From contig NZ_CP157522.1 in assembly GCF_049075655.1 (NCBI RefSeq), positions 64,001-128,000 of the forward strand: a stretch of 64,000 bases of DNA, read 5' to 3'. How positions within the stretch are numbered: position 1 is the first letter of the stretch; each line of letters begins with the position of its first letter. Origin of the DNA: Methanothermococcus sp. Ax23. GTDB lineage: Archaea > AGJL01 > Methanococci > Methanococcales > Methanococcaceae. Positions 56,261 to 64,000 of this stretch are shown piece by piece. The notes below the pieces were generated by a model. That model saw only the letters and a program-made list of their open reading frames with translations. It was not told the DNA's origin and did not search any database. A program made the translations under genes and the position numbers.

Positions 56261-57312
56261 ATTCCTTTTCCGCCCCTTCCTTTAATTCCATCAAAAACTG
56301 CTTTACAATAGGCTTTAAATAACTGGAAATTTTTCTTTAAAAAAATGAAATATATAAACTTTTTAACAGAGTCATAACTCAAAAACCAAATTAAAAATAA
56401 AATATAATCAATAAACGCATTATGTTTTCTTACAAATAATATTCTATTCCTTGTTTGATAATACACTGATGCAGGGGAACCATTTCCACTAACCCCAAGT
56501 TTATGCCACAAAATAGATTTAGGAATATAAACACATTTATAACCCAATTTTTTAGCTCTGATCGATAAATCACTATCTTCGTAACATGCAAAATACAATT
56601 CATCTAATCCTTTTAATTTTTCTAAAATTTCTTTTTTAAGTAACATCGAGCATCCAGTTATAAAATCAAATTCTTTTATTTTATTATATGCTCTATTATC
56701 TATTGTGTGGTCTCCCTCATGCCAACCGTATCCCGTTTTTGTATTGATTCCCCCTCCAGCAAACCAAACCACATCACTTCTTCCGTCATAATCATAATAA
56801 TAAATCTTACTTCCAACAATTCCAATCTTTTCATCACTTTCTGCAACTTTTACCATTTCAATTAAAAAATCTTTATCTACAACCGTATCATTATTTAACA
56901 ATAGAACATACTTAGAATTTAAAACATCCAAAGCAAATTTTATCCCAACATTATTCCCCCCAGCAAAACCATAATTATCTTTATTTTTAATTAAAATCAT
57001 TCTTTTATTTGGATTTAGTTTTTCATATTCTTCTTTTTCTAAAAATTTATTACTTCTTGCTTTATCTTCTGAAATTTCAAAAACTTTAATGGGTTTGTTA
57101 TCTTCCGAATATTTGAAAAATTTAGAATTTACTTCAATTGTTCCATTGCAATATTCTTTTATTTTTTCAATAGATTCATCCTTAGAATCATTATCTACAA
57201 CTATCATATCATAATTTGGATAGTTAATTCTATAAAGAGATTCTAAGCATTCTATTGTATCTCTCCAACCATTCCAGTTTAATATGATTATTGAAACTCT
57301 CGGATAGTCCAT
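56257..57312 (-). CDS. GT2 glycosyltransferase (rhamnosyltransferase-like)
   Basis: IILNWNG, NYGFAGGNN, LLNNDT, YEDSD, YY..RN; GGTGA RBS. Confidence 0.88.
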   Translation of the reverse strand: MDYPRVSIIILNWNGWRDTIECLESLYRINYPNYDMIVVDNDSKDESIEKIKEYCNGTIEVNSKFFKYSEDNKPIKVFEISEDKARSNKFLEKEEYEKLNPNKRMILIKNKDNYGFAGGNNVGIKFALDVLNSKYVLLLNNDTVVDKDFLIEMVKVAESDEKIGIVGSKIYYYDYDGRSDVVWFAGGGINTKTGYGWHEGDHTIDNRAYNKIKEFDFITGCSMLLKKEILEKLKGLDELYFACYEDSDLSIRAKKLGYKCVYIPKSILWHKLGVSGNGSPASVYYQTRNRILFVRKHNAFIDYILFLIWFLSYDSVKKFIYFIFLKKNFQLFKAYCKAVFDGIKGRGGKGI

Positions 57313-57325
57313 AATTTCACCAAAA

Positions 57326-58366
57326 TTAGTCATATAAAATTCTTCTGGGTTTTTCATTATCAAAATTTCCTTTCAATCCGTCCAAATAAGCATTTGTAAT
57401 AAATTTTATTCGTTTAATTTTGTTATCATTAAATAACAATATTCCTAAAATAGACTTAAGATACGATGTTGTTAGTTTAGTATAAAACTTTAGCTTATTA
57501 GTTGAGTATTTTTTACCTAACCAAGTAAGATTTCTACACCCATAGTAACTTAACCATAATTTTTCATAAGGAATACTATTAACAATTTTCCATAAGAATT
57601 TTTTTTTCTTCACATTTTTTTGGGACATCTCTTTATGGAATATTATACTATCTGTTATTAATAAAATCTTACTAACTTTTCTTAATCTAATGCAATATTC
57701 GACATCGTCATGATGTATAAAAAATTCCTTTTTTGGATAACCCATCTTTGATATCGCTTTTTTACTAACTAAAATACCAACAAAAGAAGCAAAATCTATG
57801 TTTAAAACTTTATTATTAAAATATTTTTCTAATGGTATGGGTTTTTGAATGAGAGGAAATATGTTATCAAAATCGAAATAGCCCCTATGGAATATTGAGA
57901 CTTCTTCTTTAACATCATTTACAACACATGCTAAAGCACTAACATCTTTTTCATTGAAATATTCACTTAACTTTTCTAAAGCATCCTCTTTTGGTTCTGC
58001 ATCATCGTCCATTAACCATAACCAGTCATATCCCTTTTCATAAGCCCTTTTAACTCCTTCATAAAACCCTCCAGCTCCTCCAGTATTTTCATGCATTCTG
58101 ACATAGTGGAGTTTTATATTTTCCCCATTTACTAAATTTTTAATCGTAAATGTTTTTTCCCAAGGTTCATTTAAATTCTCTGGTGGTAATTCCTTTATAT
58201 GCTCTTTTTCTAAAAGTAGTTGTGAAGTTCCGTCTGTTGAAGCATTGTCAATAAGATAGATAGCATCTATTGGTTTTGTTTGCTTTCTCAATGCATCTAA
58301 ACATTCAATAAGCAAATCTTTCCTATTGTATGTAACTACAACTGCACATGTGGTTTCTTTTTTCAT
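57326..58366 (-). CDS. GT2 glycosyltransferase (galactofuranosyltransferase-like)
   Basis: VVTYNR, NTGGAGGF..G, WLMDDD, FFIHHDDVEY; adjacent to glf. Confidence 0.8.
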   Translation of the reverse strand: MKKETTCAVVVTYNRKDLLIECLDALRKQTKPIDAIYLIDNASTDGTSQLLLEKEHIKELPPENLNEPWEKTFTIKNLVNGENIKLHYVRMHENTGGAGGFYEGVKRAYEKGYDWLWLMDDDAEPKEDALEKLSEYFNEKDVSALACVVNDVKEEVSIFHRGYFDFDNIFPLIQKPIPLEKYFNNKVLNIDFASFVGILVSKKAISKMGYPKKEFFIHHDDVEYCIRLRKVSKILLITDSIIFHKEMSQKNVKKKKFLWKIVNSIPYEKLWLSYYGCRNLTWLGKKYSTNKLKFYTKLTTSYLKSILGILLFNDNKIKRIKFITNAYLDGLKGNFDNEKPRRILYD

Positions 58367-58376
58367 AAGTAATCCC

Positions 58377-59483
58377 TTATTCACCTTTTAACTTATAATA
58401 CAACTCCAAAGCTTTCTTAACAGTTTCATCCATATTATAATATTTATATCCTGCCAACCTTCCAATAAAATATATTCTTTCATCTTTCAACTTATTAACT
58501 TCTTCCATATATTTACTAAGAATTCGTTTATTCTCTTCATTTAAAATTGGGTATGCTACAACACCAACATTGGAAGGATATTCCATACAAATGGTAGTTT
58601 TTTTATGTTCTTGGAATGTCATCTTTTTAAATTCTGTTATTCTTGTGAAATCATAGTTATTATTATAATTAACAACTGCAACTGGTTGATAATCTCCATC
58701 AAAAGTTTTAAATTCAAAGTTTAAACATCTATAAGGTAATTTACCATATTTATAATTAAAGAAATAATCAATTTCTCCAGTATAAATCATTAAATCATAA
58801 TCAATCCAATCAATAATTTCTTTATAGTCAGTATTTAACAAAATTTTGATATTCCTATTATTAAGCATCTTTTCAAACATTTTTGTATATCCTTCCTTTG
58901 GCATACCCTGGTATTTATCATTAAAATATCTATCATCCCTACTTATTACAATTGGCACCCTTGCAGTTACTGATTTATCAATTTCTTCTGGTTTTAAACC
59001 CCACTGTTTCATTGTATAATTTAAAAACACTTTTTCATAAATAAAATCTGCCAAATATTTCAAATCTTCATCATCAACATTTTTTAAATCTAAAATTGGA
59101 ATTCTCTTTCCATATCCAAACTGTTTTATTAATTTTTTTTCTAATTTTTCAGCATATTTTTTTGGAAATAATTTATATACTGTATTTAAATTAAATGGTA
59201 TTGGAACTAATTTTCCATCAATGTTTCCTAAAACTTTATGTTGATAATAAATCCAATCTGTGAAGTTAGATAAATAATTCCAAACATCTTCATAATTTGT
59301 ATGAAATATATGAGGACCATATTTATGCACTAAAATACCATGTTCATTATAATAATCGTAGCAATTTCCTCCAATATGGTTTCTTTTTTCTATTATCAGA
59401 ACATTTTTTCCTTCTGATGCAAATCTTTCTGCTAATGTTATTCCAGTAATTCCTGCTCCTATAATTATAATATCAGTTTTCAT
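58377..59483 (-). CDS. glf: UDP-galactopyranose mutase
   Basis: GAGITG, HIGGNCYD, HKYGPHIFHTN, YF.DKYQG.P, GRLA.YKYYNMD. Confidence 0.95.
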   Translation of the reverse strand: MKTDIIIIGAGITGITLAERFASEGKNVLIIEKRNHIGGNCYDYYNEHGILVHKYGPHIFHTNYEDVWNYLSNFTDWIYYQHKVLGNIDGKLVPIPFNLNTVYKLFPKKYAEKLEKKLIKQFGYGKRIPILDLKNVDDEDLKYLADFIYEKVFLNYTMKQWGLKPEEIDKSVTARVPIVISRDDRYFNDKYQGMPKEGYTKMFEKMLNNRNIKILLNTDYKEIIDWIDYDLMIYTGEIDYFFNYKYGKLPYRCLNFEFKTFDGDYQPVAVVNYNNNYDFTRITEFKKMTFQEHKKTTICMEYPSNVGVVAYPILNEENKRILSKYMEEVNKLKDERIYFIGRLAGYKYYNMDETVKKALELYYKLKGE

Positions 59484-59493
59484 ATTTCATACC

Positions 59494-60777
59494 TCATTTA
59501 GTTAATATTTTCTTCCATTTGATATACACATACATTGATAATGTAATAAATATTTCCGTAATTACTATGGATGTAGAAATACCAATATGCTTCCAAAATG
59601 GAACTAACACCAATGCTAAAATTATGTTAATAATACTACCTGCAACTATAATTTTTGTAAATGCTCTTTTATAACCAAATGTTAGCATTGTTTGAATACC
59701 CAATATATTGCTTAAACCAATAATAAACGGCAAAAATGCCAAAATTCTAATAACTATTATTGAATTGTAATATTGCTCCCCTAAAACTATTTTCACTATC
59801 AAATCTGCAAATATGAATATTAACAAAGAAAGAATAAATGTGAATGCCCCCACTCCTCTTATTAATTTTTTAATAACAGATACTGCTTTTTCTTTTGATT
59901 CTGATGCCAATCTACTAATGTAAGGATAAAATGTTTGAGATATTGGATTTAACATGCCCAAAAACGCCTGAATTAATGTATATCCTGCAGAGAAATATCC
60001 TACAATAGTATTATTCGTAAATATACCCAGTATGAATGTATTTGATGTGGTATATAAATTTATTGAAACCGTAGAAACAAATATATGCCATCCTTCCTTT
60101 AATTGATTAATGACCTCTATTTTAGATGGTATTTTAAAAACTACATCAAATTTTTTGAATATAAAAATTAAACTTAAAACTCCAGCCAATATATAACCCA
60201 AGGAGCTTATAAGTGGAACATAAATATAATCCGAAGCATCCCTTATAAAAACAAATATCGAAATTGTAAATACCGTTTTAGAAATTATATTTAAGAAGGT
60301 AATATATTTCATTCGTTCCATACCTTGAAAAAACCATACTGGAAACAAAACATTTCCTAAAACCACTCCAAAAGCAAATATATAAATAATCCAATTATGG
60401 CTAAATTTTTCAAATGAAAATACCACAATACATAATATTATAAAACTTAAAACCATAAAAACAATTTTTATAATCATTACAGAACTAAAAATTTCTGATA
60501 ATTTTTCTTTATTATCCCTATGTACTGCTACATCTCTTGTTGCGGATAAATTAAATCCATAATCAGTAATAATATTAAAATATCCGATAAACGCACTAGC
60601 AAAAGCTATAAGACCATATTTATCAGGACCCAAAACCCTAACTAAATAAGGAAATGTAATTAATGGTAAAATGTAATTTAGTCCCTGCAATGTAAAAAGA
60701 GATGCAAAATTTTCAAATAATCTTTTAACATCATCATTTTTCAGTTTTTCTTTTAATTTTTTAATAGTTAAATCCAT
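59494..60777 (-). CDS. Wzx-type polysaccharide flippase
   Basis: NY.LPLITFPYL.RVLGP..YG, DYGFNLSATR, WFFQG.ERM. Confidence 0.9.
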   Translation of the reverse strand: MDLTIKKLKEKLKNDDVKRLFENFASLFTLQGLNYILPLITFPYLVRVLGPDKYGLIAFASAFIGYFNIITDYGFNLSATRDVAVHRDNKEKLSEIFSSVMIIKIVFMVLSFIILCIVVFSFEKFSHNWIIYIFAFGVVLGNVLFPVWFFQGMERMKYITFLNIISKTVFTISIFVFIRDASDYIYVPLISSLGYILAGVLSLIFIFKKFDVVFKIPSKIEVINQLKEGWHIFVSTVSINLYTTSNTFILGIFTNNTIVGYFSAGYTLIQAFLGMLNPISQTFYPYISRLASESKEKAVSVIKKLIRGVGAFTFILSLLIFIFADLIVKIVLGEQYYNSIIVIRILAFLPFIIGLSNILGIQTMLTFGYKRAFTKIIVAGSIINIILALVLVPFWKHIGISTSIVITEIFITLSMYVYIKWKKILTK

Positions 60778-60779
60778 TA

Positions 60780-60953
60780 CTATCCCCATTTAATTAAGTA
60801 TTGATAAATATGATCAAAAGATAAAATACCAAACCCCTCAGCTCCTAAATATCTCGCCATGTAAATTGTATAAATAAAACCAAATAATTTGGATATAATA
60901 TTAGATACAAACAAAATCCCCGTGTTTTTAGCAATTCTTTTAACCGAGCTCAT
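60780..60953 (-). pseudogene. Truncated N-terminus of a second, archaeal-type flippase
   Basis: [46 protein letters not shown], then unrelated residues and a stop at 57 aa. Confidence 0.75.
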
Positions 60954-61190
60954 CTTAACCCCTATATATTAAAATTAAAACTTACAATTATATCATCTCC
61001 CCTTTTATTTAAATGTTTTCTGGTTTTTAACCTATAAAATAAATAATCCTTCGGAGCTCCCATATTTATATGGCTAAAAAATTAAACCTGAGTTCAGAAA
61101 ATATAAAATTGTCGGAGCTCCCAATTCCAAGATAATTGAAATATTTAAATAATAATTATGATATACTTGATATAATATTATGAGCTCACC

Positions 61191-61620
61191 ATGGTTGAAA
61201 TTATGGAATTATTTAAACAATTAAAGGAAGACTTCAAAGAATATAAAAATTCTTGCATGGGGATAATTCTATTTGGTTCTTACGCAACAGGAAATTCCAC
61301 TAAAAAAAAGCGATATTGATATATGTATTGTAAATCCAAAAGATAATAATGTCTATTTTGGAATATTAAAAAAGTTGGGAGGGAAATACGATGTAAAAAT
61401 TTTCGAGGAGCTCCCATTATATATTCAAATTAACATAATCAAAAACTTCAAGGGCAATGTGATATATGGGGAGGAGATAGAGCTCTCGGAGTATTTCTAT
61501 AAGTTTAGAAAACTTTGGAAAGATATGGAACATAGGATTAAGGAAAATACTTTTTCAAGCGTTAGGGAAAAAATTCTTTTAAGGAGGAAATTCAATGAAC
61601 GAATCAAAGAATTCCAGTAG
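61191..61620 (+). pseudogene. Minimal nucleotidyltransferase (MNT antitoxin), frameshifted in an A8 run
   Basis: GIILFGSYATG in one frame and SDIDICIV in another, joined across AAAAAAAA at 61302-61309. Confidence 0.8.
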
Positions 61621-61741
61621 ATTGAACCGATACTTTAAAAAACTTGAAAAGTTCGAAGAAGAATATGAAATAATCCAAAATAATGATATTATCGATGAGA
61701 TAGAACTAAATATATCAGAGCTCCCATATTTATATGGCTAA
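61595..61741 (+). pseudogene. Truncated HEPN/DUF86-type toxin N-terminus
   Basis: GGAGG RBS; RY..KLEKFEEEY..I....I.DEI, then runs into the repeat; downstream of MNT. Confidence 0.6.
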
Positions 61742-61873
61742 AAAATTAAACCTGAGCTCAGGAAAATAAACATGTCGGAGCTCCAACATCCTTAAAATTA
61801 ACTTAAAAAAATAAAATATATTAATTTTAATTTTGCATCTCTGAGCTCAGGGCATCCTATAAATAAAAAAATC

Positions 61874-62387
61874 TTAATTTTTGTTTTTTAATTCATCCCT
61901 AATCTCTTTTAAAATTTCTTTCATTTCGTTCTGTCCTTTTATTATAGTTTCTTGCCCTTTTTTAACTTCTTCCAAAATTCCAAATATCATTTTAATATAT
62001 TTAACTCCTTCATCAAGTTTTTTATTCAATCGGAGTGAGCGAAGCGAACGGAGAGCTACGAAAACATTGGTTTTCGTTCAATTCCATTAAATCATCCGCT
62101 GATATTCTATTGATTCCTTTTGGAAATTCAATATATGAATTTAGTTCTTTTTCCTCAATCTCTTCTATTTTGATTAACTCATCCTTTTTTGCCAATGTCT
62201 TAATATTTCTTTTGAATAAATCTTTTATTTCTTCATCATCAAAGTTTGCCAAAATCCTAACTGTTCCATCCTCATAATTATAAACTACTCCATCAATACC
62301 TAAACCTCTCCCAATGTCTTCTATCCTATCTCTAAATCCAACATGCTGGACTTTACCATATATTTTTAACTCGTAAGTTGTCGCCAT
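61874..62387 (-). pseudogene. Acylphosphatase-domain/coiled-coil protein interrupted by a micro-insertion
   Basis: [16 protein letters not shown]; removing 52 bp restores a 153 aa ORF ending ..[21 protein letters not shown]. Confidence 0.8.
62026..62082 (-). mobile_element. 47 bp double-hairpin micro-insertion with 5-6 bp target-site duplication (ATTGA/ATTGAA)
   Basis: Minus strand: ATTGA|ACGAAAAC-CAAT-GTTTTCGT AGCTCTCCGTTCGCTTCGCTCACTCCG|ATTGA. Confidence 0.8.
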
Positions 62388-62544
62388 ATTCTCACCTTTG
62401 ATATTATATTATCGAGCTCATCCTAACCACTTAAAATTAAATCAATATTATCATATATTTTCCCACTATTTTAATATTTCCAAATCTAAAAACCTGAGCT
62501 CATAAAAAATTATCGGAGATCCGATAAAAAAATAAAAATATTAT

Positions 62545-63102
62545 TTAAAACAACTCATCCATTTCATCCAATTCCTTCAAAGTATGCCATTGCTTATCCT
62601 TATCGGATAGATTTGGTTTATCAACAGGCCATTCAATGCCAATGTCTTCATCATTCCAAATTACTCCGCATTCACATTCAGGAGCATATTTATTATCGAC
62701 CTTATAAACTACTTCAGCAGTATCACTTAAAACACAAAAACCATGGGCAAATCCTCGCGGTATGTAGAGCTCATGCTTATTAAACTCAGACAGCACAACC
62801 CCCACCCACTTTCCAAATGTTGGGGAATCTCTCCTTAAATCCACAGCAACATCGTAAATAACTCCCCTAATACACCTAACAATCTTTGCCTGTGCATAAG
62901 GTTCTTTTTGGAAATGCAATCCCCTTAATACCCCATAAGAAGATTTAGAGTGGTTATCCTGAACAAATTCCCCTTTTATGCCAGCATTTTCAAAATCTTC
63001 CTTTTTATAAGTTTCCATAAAAAATCCTCTTTCATCCCCAAAAACCTTAGGTTTTATTAAAATTACTTCTGGAATTTTAGTTTTTATGAATTCAAATGGC
63101 AT
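62545..63102 (-). CDS. rfbC: dTDP-4-dehydrorhamnose 3,5-epimerase
   Basis: FGDERGFFME, QDNHS.S..GVLRGLHFQ, GFAHGF. Confidence 0.96.
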   Translation of the reverse strand: MPFEFIKTKIPEVILIKPKVFGDERGFFMETYKKEDFENAGIKGEFVQDNHSKSSYGVLRGLHFQKEPYAQAKIVRCIRGVIYDVAVDLRRDSPTFGKWVGVVLSEFNKHELYIPRGFAHGFCVLSDTAEVVYKVDNKYAPECECGVIWNDEDIGIEWPVDKPNLSDKDKQWHTLKELDEMDELF

Positions 63103-63281
63103 AATATCCCTCCACTTTTATCAATTACCTTTTAAATATTGTTTTTTGTTTATCATATTTGACACTCTGTTGTTTTTATGTCAAATATGTTGGACATGCT
63201 ATATAATACCAATGTTAGAGCTCCAACATTTAAAAAAATTTTTATGATAGGTTTTTTAAATACCCTATTTGGTGATACAGT

Positions 63282-63519
63282 ATGGCACTAATAAAAATTA
63301 CAAGAAACTGTCAAATAACCATCCCTTCTGAGATTAGAAAAAAAATGGGCGTCAAAGAAAGGGATTATCTTGATATAGAAATAGAAAATGGAAAAATAGT
63401 TCTAAAAAAAAATAGAAAAAATAGAAAAAAGAAGGAAAACGATTAAACTTGGTAAAAAAATTACCACTGATGAAATTGGGAAACTCATAGAAGAGGGGAT
63501 AGATGAATGTATGCAGTAA
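63282..63519 (+). pseudogene. AbrB/MazE-family antitoxin, frameshifted
   Basis: GGTGA RBS; KITRNCQITIPSEIRKKMGVKEGD; duplicated AAAAAATAG segment shifts the frame before RKTIKLGKK..EEGIDECMQ*. Confidence 0.7.
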
Positions 63520-63560
63520 TAGATACAAATGTGTTAATAAATGTAGGAATTCAATATTGA
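63507..63560 (+). pseudogene. VapC/PIN toxin stub
   Basis: MYAVIDTNVLI then a stop; overlaps the antitoxin end. Confidence 0.6.
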
Positions 63561-63568
63561 AACATTAC

Positions 63569-64000
63569 TTAAATAATCTTTTTTAACTCATTTAAACATT
63601 CATTAACATTTTTCAGTTTAATGCCTAACAATTTTTCAACTTTCCCACTATTTAGTGAAGTGTCTTTTGGTCTATTTGCCTTCCATCCTAATTCGGAGCT
63701 CCGTATAGGTTTTATCAAATCCTTATTTAAATCAAATATTTCAGCGACTTTTAACGCAAACTCATACCTACTTACCTTTTCACCGCCCCCAAAGTGCAAT
63801 AAATCATTAACATCTTTTTCATAAATCTTAATAATTCCATCGGTGAGCTCAGGCACATAGGTTGGGGTGTTCCACTGGTCAGTTACTGCATTTACTTCAT
63901 TTCCCTCTTTTAAGGTATTTAAAACCCACATGAAAAAATTGACTTTAACAGGACTTATAAAGTAAGGGACAGAAATCCTTACAATAGATGTCAAATCATA
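63569..64000 (-). CDS. rfbD: dTDP-4-dehydrorhamnose reductase, C-terminal part (runs off window)
   Basis: DQWNTPTY, SRYEFA, A.RP.DTSL; next to rfbC. Confidence 0.85.
   Translation of the reverse strand, partial: YDLTSIVRISVPYFISPVKVNFFMWVLNTLKEGNEVNAVTDQWNTPTYVPELTDGIIKIYEKDVNDLLHFGGGEKVSRYEFALKVAEIFDLNKDLIKPIRSSELGWKANRPKDTSLNSGKVEKLLGIKLKNVNECLNELKKII

Larger units (their letters stand above)
61054..61784 (+). repeat. ~67 bp GAGCTC-rich direct repeats (61054-61121 and 61718-61784; partial copy 62490-62527)
   Basis: First 39 nt identical: GAGCTCCCATATTTATATGGCTAAAAAATTAAACCTGAG; both end in TGTCGGAGCTCC. Confidence 0.85.

Noticed and set aside
61054-62527. Possible CRISPR array
   Set aside because: Only two to three repeats, separated by gene-sized intervals; no regular spacers or cas genes

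Overview
AT-rich archaeal chromosomal segment, most consistent with a member of the Methanococcales (Methanothermococcus/Methanococcus-like proteins, GGTGA/GGAGG ribosome-binding sites, TATA/BRE promoters). Positions 1-9.5 kb hold two restriction-modification-type genes around an ALS-like gene and hypF. Positions 10-38 kb are mostly housekeeping genes (moaA, FKBP, mobA, dys, aroA', tpiA, nob1, purL, bioA, flpA/nop5, rps2, rps3ae, hsp20, ftsY, pssA, taw3, serB). Positions 38-47 kb encode cell-surface proteins, and 47.8-64 kb is a surface-glycan locus (hldD, gmd, glycosyltransferases, glf, flippase, rfbC/rfbD) with decayed toxin-antitoxin modules. The strongest signals not explained by gene content are: (1) a HIP1-like, frame-independent over-representation of the palindrome GAGCTC (about 80 copies counted by eye), absent from an 11 kb glycosyltransferase island and clustered in composite repeats at gene and pseudogene boundaries; (2) a family of ~45 bp double-hairpin micro-insertions with 5 bp target-site duplications, one in-frame in the ALS-like gene and one frameshifting an acylphosphatase gene; (3) an ORF-less IS200/IS605 derivative that retains a promoter and a TnpB omegaRNA-like pseudoknot; (4) a second unexplained GC-rich structured RNA candidate; (5) repeated probable ATT start codons. 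All counts and folds were done by eye and no database search was run.
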